Virus record (IMG/VR): IMGVR_UViG_3300037797_000133
Coordinates: 1-64,000 of that record
Source of the DNA: a virus
Lineage: Duplodnaviria; Caudoviricetes
DNA: 64,000 nucleotides
Direction: 5' to 3' (one strand)
The position numbers and the translations under genes were made by a program. The notes under the pieces are model-generated. The model was not told the origin of the DNA. It saw nothing but the letters and a program-made list of their open reading frames with translations, and did no database searches. Below, in pieces: positions 34,797 to 44,443 of this stretch; position 1 is the first letter of the stretch, and every line of letters starts with the position of its first letter.

Positions 34797-35107
34797 TCTG
34801 GCTCGCCGTCCTCGCCGGCCGGGCGTGGCTCTGGTCCTACGGGCTGAACGCCGTCTACGCCGTCGGTCTCATCGTCGGCGCCGCGGCCGGCTGGGTGGCC
34901 CGCGAGTTCGCCGGCGCCTACCTCCCCCAGCTCGACGCCGAACCCGGCGCCACCTACGGGCGCCTGGTGCGCACCACCCGCCAGCAGCTCCTCGACCGGG
35001 TCGCCGCCCGCTCCCAGACGCTCCGCCACCGCCAGCTCGACACGGCCGAGATCGCCGCGCTCGACCTCGACGACGACGAGCTCGAGCCGAAGGTGGCGGC
35101 GGCGTGA
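34793..35107 (+). CDS. Membrane hypothetical protein
   Basis: Coupled. Confidence 0.45.
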   Translation: MIWLAVLAGRAWLWSYGLNAVYAVGLIVGAAAGWVAREFAGAYLPQLDAEPGATYGRLVRTTRQQLLDRVAARSQTLRHRQLDTAEIAALDLDDDELEPKVAAA

Positions 35108-35268
35108 GCTCGAGCACCTGCACCCGTTGCGAGCTCGAGCTCGAGGCCGGCGACGAGCTCACGCGGGACGGCCTGCCGTACTGCTCGGACCGGTGCGCCG
35201 AGCTCGGCCCGAAGCCGGTGGTGCTCGAGGGGCAGCGCGCCCTGTTCGAGCTCGAGGCGACGTCGTGA
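35104..35268 (+). CDS. Small zinc-finger protein
   Basis: CTRC...YCSDRC. Confidence 0.5.
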   Translation: MSSSTCTRCELELEAGDELTRDGLPYCSDRCAELGPKPVVLEGQRALFELEATS

Positions 35269-36017
35269 GCACGCTCGAGCGAGTCGAGCTCGAGGTGGGC
35301 TACGCCGCCCCGGCCATGCCGGACTCGCCGGTGATGGCCGCCTCCAGATGGCCCACGAATGCCGAGCTCGTTGCCGACGTGGCGCGCCTTGGATGGTTGC
35401 GCTCAAGCGACACGGTGCTCGACCCGACGTACGGCCGGGGCCGCTGGTGGGCCAAGTGGCGGCCCGCCCGCCTCGTCGCGACCGACATCCGCCTCCGTGG
35501 AGCTCGAGACGCACGACCCCATGACGCCCGCTGCGACTTCCGTGCCCTGCCGTTCCGCTCGAGCTCGTTCGACGCCGTCGCATGGGACCCGGCCTACGTC
35601 GCAGCCGGCGGCAGGAAGACGACGGGCATGGTCGACTTCCACGACCGGTACGGGATGGACGACGCCCCCGCCACGCCGGCCGAGCTCCAAGCCCACAACA
35701 ACGCCGGACTGCCCGAGCTCGTCCGCGTGCTCAAGCCCGGCGGGATCCTGCTGGCGAAGACGCAGGACTACGTGTCGTCCGGGAAGCTCTGGCCGGGCAC
35801 GCACTACACCCTGACGGCCGCCCTGGAGCTCGAGCTCGAGCTCGTCGACCGTCTCGAGCACATCGGCTCCCCGCGCCCGCAGCCGCCCCGGTCTCGAGCG
35901 GACGGCCAGCCGGTGCGCCAGCAGCACAGCCGCCGAAATCTGTCGACGCTGTTCGTGTTCCGGAAGCCGCTCGAGCGACGCCGTCGCCAGCCCTCCCTGC
36001 TGGAGGTGCCGGCATGA
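35265..36017 (+). CDS. Amino (N6A/N4C)-type DNA methyltransferase
   Basis: VLDPTYGRG SAM motif, FDAVAWDPAY (DPPY variant), RVLKPGG. Confidence 0.7.
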   Translation: MSTLERVELEVGYAAPAMPDSPVMAASRWPTNAELVADVARLGWLRSSDTVLDPTYGRGRWWAKWRPARLVATDIRLRGARDARPHDARCDFRALPFRSSSFDAVAWDPAYVAAGGRKTTGMVDFHDRYGMDDAPATPAELQAHNNAGLPELVRVLKPGGILLAKTQDYVSSGKLWPGTHYTLTAALELELELVDRLEHIGSPRPQPPRSRADGQPVRQQHSRRNLSTLFVFRKPLERRRRQPSLLEVPA

Positions 36018-36081
36018 ACCTGCTCCTCGCTCTGGCTGCCGCTCTCGGCATCGCCTGCACGTACGCGCTGGTGGAGCTGGC

Positions 36082-36315
36082 TCAGCTCCTCGGCCTCGGC
36101 GGGAGCGTGCTGTGAGCCCGCTCGCAGGCGGCCTTCGCTTCGTCGAGGCTGGTGTAGCGCCCGATCGGTTTGCCGGTGCGGCAGAGCACAGCGAGCCAGT
36201 GCGGCGCGAAGTCGGGTGTCAGCGTGACGGTGGCGCACATGTAGCCGTCGTCGTCGAGCATTCGCGTCTCGCCATCGCCAGCGGCTTCGCGTGCGGGGTC
36301 CCATCGGTAGGCCAT
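36082..36315 (-). CDS. Hypothetical protein in opposite orientation
   Basis: GAGG RBS; MAYRWDP... Confidence 0.4.
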   Translation of the reverse strand: MAYRWDPAREAAGDGETRMLDDDGYMCATVTLTPDFAPHWLAVLCRTGKPIGRYTSLDEAKAACERAHSTLPPRPRS

Positions 36316-36407
36316 CTCGCCCACCTCTACCGCCGTCCCGTGACAGGTCGGCGCGTCGGGGCCGGCGCACCTTCTCAGACTCGCCCTCAGACCTGCGGTG
36401 GTGCGTC

Positions 36408-36737
36408 GTGAGCGAGCGTCGCTGCGGACCGCAGGTCGCCGCCCTTCGCTGGCCGGTCCAGCCGCTGCTCGACAACACGTCCCTGACGCCGTCGGATCTG
36501 CGCACCCTGGTCGGCGGCGGCAAGTACGGGCAGCTCGTCGCCGAGGGGCTGACGGACCAGCAGGCGGACCGGTGGGCGATCCGCGGCGGCGTCCACCCCG
36601 GCTGCGTTTGGGACTCGTGGTTCGACGCGGCGTTGACCCCGCTGGATGAGGCGCACGTGGCCGGCGGGTGGCGCCAAGCCTGGCTGTGGGCCGACGAGCA
36701 GTCCGAGCGCTGCGCCGACGAGCGGAGAGCGGCGTGA
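36408..36737 (+). CDS. Hypothetical DNA-binding-like protein
   Basis: ADRWAIRGGVHPGCVW. Confidence 0.5.
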   Translation: MSERRCGPQVAALRWPVQPLLDNTSLTPSDLRTLVGGGKYGQLVAEGLTDQQADRWAIRGGVHPGCVWDSWFDAALTPLDEAHVAGGWRQAWLWADEQSERCADERRAA

Positions 36738-36960
36738 GCCCTGCATCCCGGCCGCTCCATCCGGGCGGCGAGACGCTGACATCGCTGGGTGGCGTGACGC
36801 CCACTCAGCGCTATCCCGGGGCCGAATGCCCTGGTAGAGTGCCCGTACACGTAGTGACCCCCGCGGTGCGTCAACACCCGGGGGTCTGCCCAACGCCGCT
36901 TGGAGGCGCTGAGATGGATCAGGTTACTTGCTGCCCGCGTACGTCCACGGGGACGACGCT

Positions 36961-37326
36961 GTGAGCGGCGACATGAAGCCCATCGCCCGCTACGAGCGCC
37001 AGATCCCTGCGCGCCTAGTGGTGCGCTTGGAGAACGGTGAGGAGTGGGACGCCGACGAGGGCGACCTGCTCCGCTTCGGGTTCTGCCGCACGGTCACCGC
37101 CGAGTACGAGGCAGGCAACGCCATCACCCTCGCTGGCCTCGACCCCAGCGGCGACCACTCGGGTCTCCGGTACGCCATCGAGCGCGCCCTGCGCGGCGCT
37201 CCGCTCGACCCCGACGACGCCGAGGACGCTGTCGTCCTGGCGACGCTCCGCCATCAGGCCGAGCTGTTCCGTCGGGGGGTCAACCCCGACGAGTGGGAGC
37301 TTCCCGATGCCGGAGGTGCATCGTGA
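36961..37326 (+). CDS. Hypothetical protein
   Basis: Typical codon usage. Confidence 0.5.
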   Translation: MSGDMKPIARYERQIPARLVVRLENGEEWDADEGDLLRFGFCRTVTAEYEAGNAITLAGLDPSGDHSGLRYAIERALRGAPLDPDDAEDAVVLATLRHQAELFRRGVNPDEWELPDAGGAS

Positions 37327-37553
37327 GCAACCTCCCTCCGATCCAGTCCGGCGAGATCTACATCCGCTGCCCCGAATGCCTGACCATCGGCTGGACCGAA
37401 GACGACGACTCGGAGCCGATGCCCGACTGCCCGCCCTGCGGCGTGCCCGCAGAGAAGTGGCAGCCGGGCGACGAGGGCACCCCCGACGTCCGCCTGATCG
37501 ACGGCGACCCTGTCGACGCAGCGCACCACCTGACGGCGGAGGTGCAGCCGTGA
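37323..37553 (+). CDS. Zinc-ribbon protein
   Basis: CPEC...CPPC. Confidence 0.5.
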   Translation: MSNLPPIQSGEIYIRCPECLTIGWTEDDDSEPMPDCPPCGVPAEKWQPGDEGTPDVRLIDGDPVDAAHHLTAEVQP

Positions 37554-37873
37554 TGGCCGCCCACCAGGACCGCTACGCCCACCTCGGGCCGAAGCGCCGC
37601 AAGGGCCGCGTCCACGCCTTCCGCGGCTTGCAGCCCGTCACCGCGTCCGCCGCGGAGACCCGCCGGGACCGCCAGTGCCACCGCGGTGACGGCGTCCCGA
37701 AGGCACGCCTCACCGAGACCGCAGCCCGCGACCTCGCTGCCCAGTGGTACGGCTACAACGCCTACGAGTGCTCCTCGTGCGGCTGGTGGCACGTCGGCCG
37801 CATCCCCGGCCGTCTCTGGTCCGAGCCCGCCCCTGACGCTGGGGCCGAGCAGAGCACCGGAGGCGATCGATGA
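37553..37873 (+). CDS. Zinc-binding phage protein
   Basis: AYECSSCGWWHVG. Confidence 0.55.
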   Translation: MAAHQDRYAHLGPKRRKGRVHAFRGLQPVTASAAETRRDRQCHRGDGVPKARLTETAARDLAAQWYGYNAYECSSCGWWHVGRIPGRLWSEPAPDAGAEQSTGGDR

Positions 37874-38391
37874 GGCCGACCCTCATCTCCGAGGTGCTCG
37901 ACATGGTGGCCCGGTCGTCGATGACCCCCGCCGGCGACGACGCCGACGTGCTGCGCCAGGCGGCGGACATCCTCCGTTCGGGCCGGTCGAAGGACGGCTC
38001 TGTCGTTATCGTCGCCGGCCCGCTCCATGACCCGTGGGTGAACGAGCTGGAGGACACCGCCGACCGGGTGCGTGCCCTCTACGACGAGCTGCACGGCGTC
38101 TCCGAGCACGTCGACGACCTGCTGCGCCTGTTCCGGGAGCGGCGCGGCGACAAGCTCTGCCCGATCTGCCGCAAGCCCTCGCATCCCGGGTGCTGCGACG
38201 AGGAGGCCGCGGCGTACCGCCGTTCGCTCGGCATGGCCTACGACGGCTGGACGCCGGGTGACCGGAACGACGCCTACAAGCGTGGCCACTGGGTGCGGGG
38301 CTTCGGTGACCGCGAGCCGATGACCGAGGCGCAGCAGCTCATCCACTACGGCGAGGTCATCGTTCCTGCCGGCCCCGGAGGCGATCGATGA
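37870..38391 (+). CDS. Hypothetical protein
   Basis: CPICRKPSHPGCC. Confidence 0.55.
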   Translation: MRPTLISEVLDMVARSSMTPAGDDADVLRQAADILRSGRSKDGSVVIVAGPLHDPWVNELEDTADRVRALYDELHGVSEHVDDLLRLFRERRGDKLCPICRKPSHPGCCDEEAAAYRRSLGMAYDGWTPGDRNDAYKRGHWVRGFGDREPMTEAQQLIHYGEVIVPAGPGGDR

Positions 38392-38786
38392 CCGCCCCCG
38401 ACGTCATCCACTGCCGCGAGTGCGGACGCCCCTGGGGTGTCCGCCTCGGCCGCCCTGACGGCGCCGCAGAGGCCCGAGAGGCGCTCCTCGACGCCTACCG
38501 GACGTTCCTCGCCGAGGACTACGGCACCGACGAGTACGCGGCCCCTGAGCTGCCCGAGCCGGAGCAGGTCGACATCGTGTTCGTGTCGGCCGCTGACAAC
38601 CGTTGGCTCGACTGGGTCGGCATCGAGTCGTGCGCCGACTCCGACACCTGGAACCGGGCCGATCACCTGCCCGAGATGCCGAAGTGGTGGAACGGGTTCA
38701 AGCGGGCCAAGCCGGCGCTCTGGTGGGACTGCTGCCAGCTCGACCCGGTGCCGCTCGCCCTCGCCAGCGAAGGGGGCGACCAGTGA
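38388..38786 (+). CDS. Hypothetical protein
   Basis: Coupled. Confidence 0.55.
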   Translation: MTAPDVIHCRECGRPWGVRLGRPDGAAEAREALLDAYRTFLAEDYGTDEYAAPELPEPEQVDIVFVSAADNRWLDWVGIESCADSDTWNRADHLPEMPKWWNGFKRAKPALWWDCCQLDPVPLALASEGGDQ

Positions 38787-38980
38787 CCTGCCCCACCTGC
38801 CACTACCGCGATTGCACCCCCGAGGGTCTGGAGTACGAACCCGCAGCTGCCGGTGACGGCGTCGCGGTCCTCGTCTGCCCTTGCACCAGCTGCCACATGG
38901 ACGTGCCTGTCGACGACCGGGTGTTGGCCGCCGAGGTGCGGATCCACCACGCGCTCGCCGCCATGGGGGTCCAGCCGTGA
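38783..38980 (+). CDS. Small Cys-rich protein
   Basis: CPTC, CPCTSC. Confidence 0.5.
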   Translation: MTCPTCHYRDCTPEGLEYEPAAAGDGVAVLVCPCTSCHMDVPVDDRVLAAEVRIHHALAAMGVQP

Positions 38981-39113
38981 CCGCCCCTCGATGCGGCACC
39001 CGATTCGGCAAGCGCCGCCAGTACACGTGCAAGCGCCTGCCCCGGCATCGGGGACCCCACCGGTTGCGGGCCACCGCCGCCGAGCTCGCGGCGCTGCTCC
39101 GGAGGGCGCGGCG

Positions 39114-39380
39114 ATGACCGCTCGCACCCTCCTCGCCACCTGCGCCCTCGCTCTGGCCGCGTGCTCGTCCTCGAGCGCGCCGCCGGCAACCACGACCACC
39201 ACCGAGCCCGAGACCCGCTTCTGGGTGGGCCACGCCGGCGGCAACGAGACCCAGGTGTGCGTCGAGCACCCGGACGGCGACGACACCACCACGACGTGCG
39301 CCCCCTGCTACTGGCCTGACGGGGACCCGTCGGCCGGCTCGTGGGTGGAGTGCGAGCGTTTCGACGAGGAGGGGTCGTGA
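39114..39380 (+). CDS. Lipoprotein
   Basis: Lipobox LAAC followed by Ser/Thr linker. Confidence 0.6.
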   Translation: MTARTLLATCALALAACSSSSAPPATTTTTEPETRFWVGHAGGNETQVCVEHPDGDDTTTTCAPCYWPDGDPSAGSWVECERFDEEGS

Positions 39381-39958
39381 GCGTCGACGTCTTCTCCGAG
39401 CTGTCGCCCCCCTACGCCACGATCGTGGCGGACCCGCCGTGGCCGTACCCCGAGGGCTGGCCTGGCTGGGGAATGACTGCGGCCGAGCGACGCGCCCTGC
39501 CCTACACGTCAATGACCGTTGACGAAATTGCAGCCCTGCCTGTTCGATCGCTCGCAGCGCGCGAGGGCTACTTGTTCCTGTGGACGACGAACCGCTACCT
39601 GCGGGCGTCGTTCGACGTCCTCGATGCCTGGGGGTTCACGTTCCGCCAGGCGGTCGTGTGGTGCAAAGACCCGCAGGGTGAGGGCCCGGGCGGCATGTTC
39701 GCTCAGACCACCGAGTACGTGATGGTCGCCCAGAACATCGGTCCTCGGTCCCATGCCCGCGGCAAGCGCACTAGTGGCAGCCGTGAGGCCTCGTCGTGGT
39801 TCAAGGCGCCGAAGGCGGCGCATAGCGCCAAGCCGCCGTCGTTCATGGACGCGGTCGAGCGTGTCGCCCCGGGCCCGTACCTGGAGCTGTTCTGCCGCCA
39901 GCCGCGTTTCGGATGGGACACCTGGGGCTGGGGACATGAGTTCGGGGAGGCCTCGTGA
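39377..39958 (+). CDS. MT-A70 family adenine methyltransferase
   Basis: IVADPPW, LFLWTTN, HSAKP, YLELFCR. Confidence 0.88.
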   Translation: MSVDVFSELSPPYATIVADPPWPYPEGWPGWGMTAAERRALPYTSMTVDEIAALPVRSLAAREGYLFLWTTNRYLRASFDVLDAWGFTFRQAVVWCKDPQGEGPGGMFAQTTEYVMVAQNIGPRSHARGKRTSGSREASSWFKAPKAAHSAKPPSFMDAVERVAPGPYLELFCRQPRFGWDTWGWGHEFGEAS

Positions 39959-40079
39959 CCCTCCGCATCTACACCGCCACCAGGAGTGAAGTCCCTGGTA
40001 AGGTGGCCGGACAACCGAAAACGAGCCGAGCCCCTGCGCTAACAGGGGCCCGGCGATGACACAGGAGGAGCTATCTCCC

Positions 40080-40382
40080 ATGTCGACCCCCGAGCCTACG
40101 GGCTCGTCGCCACGGCGTACGGCCGTTCGAGACAACACCGCCGCCCAGCTGGAAGCAGCTTGGGCCGAACTCGAACGACAGGGCGCAGCCGTCCGTCGCC
40201 GGGACCTTCCGACGCTCCCCGACGATGCGCTCAACGCGCTGCTGCGCCACGAGTGCCAGCGCATCCGAGCGCTCGCCGAACGGGACCTGCCCGCGCCGGC
40301 GCCGTTCGACTGGCGGTCGTACCGCCGCCGCACGGAGGGCCGGGTGTTCTTCTCCGGCGGGTTCCAGAGGCGGGTCGCATGA
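40080..40382 (+). CDS. Hypothetical protein
   Basis: AGGAGG RBS after leader hairpin; alternative start 40056. Confidence 0.45.
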   Translation: MSTPEPTGSSPRRTAVRDNTAAQLEAAWAELERQGAAVRRRDLPTLPDDALNALLRHECQRIRALAERDLPAPAPFDWRSYRRRTEGRVFFSGGFQRRVA

Positions 40383-40509
40383 TCTGCCCCGACTGCCGCG
40401 GGACGGGCCTCTGCGTCGCCTGTGACGGCCGGAACGTGGATGCCAACGGCGACAGCCCCTGCACCTGGTGCCGGGGCTCCCTGCGTTGCACGTGTCGGGA
40501 GGGCGACCG

Positions 40510-40749
40510 GTGAGCGACGAGCGCGACGTTGGTCGGTCGGTCGCCTGGGACCCCTCCGACCCTCCCTGTCCCCGCTGCGAGCTGATCGACCTGGTTCAGC
40601 GCACCGGCGACCAGAGGGTTTGCACGAACTGCTGGACGCTCTTCGAAGGGACATACCCGGAGTGGCAGGCGATGGCCGGTGCCCGGGTCCAGTGGCGCGA
40701 GGTCTACACCGCGCCACGTGATGACGACACGAAGGAACGGGCGACGTGA
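40510..40749 (+). CDS. Zinc-ribbon protein
   Basis: CPRC...VCTNC. Confidence 0.5.
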   Translation: MSDERDVGRSVAWDPSDPPCPRCELIDLVQRTGDQRVCTNCWTLFEGTYPEWQAMAGARVQWREVYTAPRDDDTKERAT

Positions 40750-41234
40750 GCACGACTCTGAAGGCCAGACCCACCACCTACAACGGGATCAAGATGCGGT
40801 CCCGGCTCGAGGCCGGCTACGCGCAGTGGCTCGACGGGTGGGATGTCGAGTGGACCTACGAGCCGCAGTGCTTCGCCGCGGCCGACGGCCAGTACCTCCC
40901 CGACTTCCGACTCGACGGCGTCGTGGTCCCGATCCGGCCGGGAGCGGCTGTCTACGTCGAGGTGAAGCCGTCGCTCGCCTCGCTCGACATGGATGCCCTG
41001 TGGCGCCGGATGTCGATCATCAAGGGCAGCGACCCGGACTGCGTCCTGTTGCTCCAGGTGCCAGGGGGGAGGGGCCTGGTTGCCGGTCGCTCCCGCATCA
41101 CGGACGAACCGGTGTGGGCCGACGCGACGTGGCTCTTCGGCAGCTTCAACGGTGAGAAGTCGAAGCTCACGCTCAGTCAGCCGATCGCCCCGCATGACCT
41201 CCCTTGGCCCGATGGCTATTGGGAGGGCACCTGA
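40746..41234 (+). CDS. PD-(D/E)XK endonuclease (resolvase-like)
   Basis: RSRLEA, WTYEP, YLPDF, YVEVKP. Confidence 0.75.
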   Translation: MSTTLKARPTTYNGIKMRSRLEAGYAQWLDGWDVEWTYEPQCFAAADGQYLPDFRLDGVVVPIRPGAAVYVEVKPSLASLDMDALWRRMSIIKGSDPDCVLLLQVPGGRGLVAGRSRITDEPVWADATWLFGSFNGEKSKLTLSQPIAPHDLPWPDGYWEGT

Positions 41235-42355
41235 TGGCACGGAGCTTCGGCCGCACCCTGTCGTCCCTGTGGGGCGACGAGAGCTGGTGCAGCCTCACCC
41301 CGGGCGCCCAGCGCCTCCACATGATGCTGACGTCACAGCGGGCCATGACGCTCGCAGGGACGATCAGCCTCACCGCCAAGCGGTGGACGCGCTACTCGGC
41401 CAACACGACTGTCGCCGACATCGAGCGGGCGCTCTACGAGCTGTCCGACGCCGGCTGGGTGATGCTCGACGAGGAGACCGACGAGGTCGTCGTGCCGGCC
41501 GTCCTGAGCGACGACCTGAACGCCGGCCGCCTGTCCTCTCAGGTGGCCAAGGGCTTCTGGTCGGCGTGGGACGCCATCGACTCGCGGCACCTGCGGAGGG
41601 TGGTGGTCGGTGCGCTCGGTGACGATGTGTGGGCGAAGCTCGAACCGCTCGCCCCCCTCGATGCGGTGCATTACCGCAGGTCGTCCCCAATCGATACGGA
41701 ACCGCCTCCCCGAACCGATAGGGAGACGCACCCCCCTACCGAGAGTGAAGCGTCGCCCCCAGTCGAGACGGATCGTTCCAGTCGAATCGAGTCGAACGGC
41801 AGGGCCCCTATCGATTCCACACGCGCCCGTCTCTCGACTGTCGATCTTCGATCTTCGATGGTCGATGGTCGATGCGACTCGTCGGCACCCGAGGACGACC
41901 CCGAACCCGTTGAGGTCGTCGAGACGTCGCCGCCCGCCCCGGCGGTCGTCGACCCGACGCTCGCCCACGCCCGGCGGCTGTGCGTTCTGCTGGCCGACTC
42001 CATCGCCGATCGGGACTCCAAGCGCCCGAGCATCTCCGATGCGTGGGTGCGGGACATGGAGCGCCTGATGCGCATCGACGGCCGTGCGCCGGAGGACGTC
42101 GAGCGGGTGATCCGCTGGCTCGACCGTGGCGCCGACGACGTCGCCTCGTTCTGGCAGCCGAACGTCCGCTCGCCGAAGAAGCTCCGCGAGAAGTGGGACC
42201 AGATGCGGGAGCAGCACCGGCGCAGCACCGTCGGGCGCGGTACCCGGGCAGCGAGAGACGACCGGGCGTGGGAGGACGGGCACACGCTCCTGCGTGCCGT
42301 CGGCTCCGACGTGAACCCGATCGACCTCCTCACGAGCCGGAGGAACGGGCAGTGA
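41234..42355 (+). CDS. Replication initiator protein
   Basis: N-terminal HTH-like region, repeat linker, C-terminal LMRIDGR...FWQPNVRSPKKLREKWDQM. Confidence 0.75.
   Translation: MARSFGRTLSSLWGDESWCSLTPGAQRLHMMLTSQRAMTLAGTISLTAKRWTRYSANTTVADIERALYELSDAGWVMLDEETDEVVVPAVLSDDLNAGRLSSQVAKGFWSAWDAIDSRHLRRVVVGALGDDVWAKLEPLAPLDAVHYRRSSPIDTEPPPRTDRETHPPTESEASPPVETDRSSRIESNGRAPIDSTRARLSTVDLRSSMVDGRCDSSAPEDDPEPVEVVETSPPAPAVVDPTLAHARRLCVLLADSIADRDSKRPSISDAWVRDMERLMRIDGRAPEDVERVIRWLDRGADDVASFWQPNVRSPKKLREKWDQMREQHRRSTVGRGTRAARDDRAWEDGHTLLRAVGSDVNPIDLLTSRRNGQ
41685..41875 (+). repeat. Intragenic iteron array / candidate origin
   Basis: YCGAK cores at 41691, 41715, 41739, 41763, 41787, 41811 (24-bp period), then TCGAT x5 at 7-bp period (41841-41873). 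Confidence 0.65.
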
Positions 42356-42915
42356 ACCTCGACGACGCAATGACCTGCCTGTGGCTCACCAAGTCCCACT
42401 GGTCGAACTTCAACGTGCTTAGCGGCGAGAAGCTGGCTCTTCAGGCCGGCGCCTGGCTCGACGTCCTGGGCGATGTCGACCTGGCCGACGTCCGGGCGGC
42501 CCTCGCCGAGCTGGACGTGGAGGGTCTCGAGTTCGCCCCCACGCCGGGCCAGGTCCGCCAGACGATCCTGCGGCGACGCGGGGAGCTGGCTCCGGACACC
42601 GACCAGGCGCTCACGGAGGTGCTGGACAAGTACCGCCGCGGCTACGACTACACGACGGGAAGGCCCGACCAGGTCTCGCACCCGGCGATCGACGAGGCGA
42701 TGCGCACGCTCGGTGGCTGGCGCCAGGCCGGCCAGATGCCCACCGACGAGCTGCGCCGGCAGTTCCGGTACGCCTACGAGCCTGCGGCCAAGCGGGCGGA
42801 CCGCGAGGCGTCTGCGCCGCCGGCCGCGCCTACCGGCATCGACCGGTCGGCCGAGGTGCTTGCCCTCCCGACGCCGGAACGGCCGACGTTGCCACGGCAC
42901 TACGAGGAGGCGTGA
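42352..42915 (+). CDS. Helicase loader/inhibitor (G39P-like) protein
   Basis: AWLDVLGDVDLADVRAAL...FAPTPGQVR; follows initiator. Confidence 0.6.
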   Translation: MNLDDAMTCLWLTKSHWSNFNVLSGEKLALQAGAWLDVLGDVDLADVRAALAELDVEGLEFAPTPGQVRQTILRRRGELAPDTDQALTEVLDKYRRGYDYTTGRPDQVSHPAIDEAMRTLGGWRQAGQMPTDELRRQFRYAYEPAAKRADREASAPPAAPTGIDRSAEVLALPTPERPTLPRHYEEA

Positions 42916-43271
42916 TGGTCGGTTCCGCGAAGACGCACCAGAAGCAACGGGCCCGGTTCCGCCGCCTGCTCGAGTCCGAGGGTGTGCCGCCCGAGGCGAT
43001 CGAGCGGAAGGTCGCGAAGCTCGCTGACCGGCAGCGTGCCCAGCGGCTGCACGCGGCGGCTGACCGGGAGCTGGTCCACCAGGGGCAGGAGGCCCGCGAG
43101 GCGGAGACGTACGCCCGCCTGTCCCCGTCGGACGCCGGCTACCGGCCGAGCTCACCGGATCCGCTGTTGCGTGGCCCGGCGCGGGTGACGTCGATGACGG
43201 CCCGTGCCGCTGCCCGCCGGCGAGCCACCACGAGGTACGAGTACGACCGGCTCGACGGTGAGGCCTCGTGA
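42912..43271 (+). CDS. Hypothetical protein
   Basis: Coupled. Confidence 0.5.
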   Translation: MMVGSAKTHQKQRARFRRLLESEGVPPEAIERKVAKLADRQRAQRLHAAADRELVHQGQEAREAETYARLSPSDAGYRPSSPDPLLRGPARVTSMTARAAARRRATTRYEYDRLDGEAS

Positions 43272-43474
43272 CTCCCGAGCTGACCAACCTGCTCGATGCG
43301 TGGCTGGCGTGGTCGCGTGGCCCGGCGGATCGCCAGGGGGTGCTCCGCCTCCAGGCTGCGTCCCGTGTCGCCGGGTTGGGTGTCCCGGCCTACGCGGTGG
43401 GGGACCTGATCGTCGACGGGCTACGCCGCGGGCTGTCCGCGGATGAGGCCGTCGCCGCGCTGGGGGCGTCGTGA
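43268..43474 (+). CDS. Hypothetical protein
   Basis: Coupled. Confidence 0.45.
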   Translation: MTPELTNLLDAWLAWSRGPADRQGVLRLQAASRVAGLGVPAYAVGDLIVDGLRRGLSADEAVAALGAS

Positions 43475-43767
43475 GCGCGCCTCGGCCGACCTGGATGCCC
43501 CTGGCCGAGCTGACCGCGCGCTGGGCCCCCGGCTCGTATCCGCAGCCGTGGACGTGGGACGACGAGGAGCGTCACATCCTCGCTCAGGTCTGCCTCTGCT
43601 GTGGCCAGCCGGGGCACTACCAGCTCGCCCTCGAAGCGCATCTCGCCGAGCACGGGCTGACCCAGGGCGTGTGCCTCGGGACCGATGGCCGCATCTGGGA
43701 CGGACACCACCGGATCGTCGCTGCCCGGCGGCTTGGGATCGAGCGGATCCCGCTGGAGGCGTCGTGA
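43471..43767 (+). CDS. Small ParB N-terminal-like protein
   Basis: IWDGHHRIVAARRLG. Confidence 0.65.
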   Translation: MSAPRPTWMPLAELTARWAPGSYPQPWTWDDEERHILAQVCLCCGQPGHYQLALEAHLAEHGLTQGVCLGTDGRIWDGHHRIVAARRLGIERIPLEAS

Positions 43768-44219
43768 GCACCGCGCCCCGTCCCATCCCCGTGCCCGCTA
43801 CGGGCCCTGAGTCGCCCGGAGAGCGCTCGGAACCCCACGCGACGTACGGCGGGAGCCGCCAGACCAACACGGGCGATCTGAGCGCCTCACAACCGAACCG
43901 ACAGCGAAAGGGCGGCAGCATGAGCGAGAGCACAGGCGTCGACGAGACGACGCAGGCCAAGGCGGGAAGCGGCCGACCTCCGAAGCGCTCCCTTCGGTCG
44001 CGCCTCCGCTGGTGGCCCTACGACCACCTGCGCTCGTTCCGGCGGGAGGATGGCTTCCCCTATGACCAGTACGCCTGGGTGTTCTCCCGGGCTTACCGAC
44101 TCGCCATGGAGCAGCTGCACAAGCGAGGGCGCCACTGGACGAAGCTCACCGGCCCGGACAACGACATCCTCTGGTGCCAGTGGTGCGGCCACCGCGAGTC
44201 GGTGAAGCAGGCAGCGTGA
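43764..44219 (+). CDS. Hypothetical protein
   Basis: C-terminal WCQWCG; start may be 43920. Confidence 0.45.
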   Translation: MSTAPRPIPVPATGPESPGERSEPHATYGGSRQTNTGDLSASQPNRQRKGGSMSESTGVDETTQAKAGSGRPPKRSLRSRLRWWPYDHLRSFRREDGFPYDQYAWVFSRAYRLAMEQLHKRGRHWTKLTGPDNDILWCQWCGHRESVKQAA

Positions 44220-44443
44220 CCTCCCTCACCCACGACGACCTCGACGCGCTGTGGGCCGCGAGCGCCCTCGGCCCTGCGTCACCCGATGGGGCATGCGGCG
44301 CCCACTGGCTGATCCCTGCGGTGGGACTCGCCCTCGCAGCAGCCGTTGGCGCAGCGGTCACGCTCGTCATCGTCCGACGCCCGTAGCCTGCGACCAGCGA
44401 TACGCAACCGGATAGCTGCGCAACCCATGGAGTGGAGGTGACC

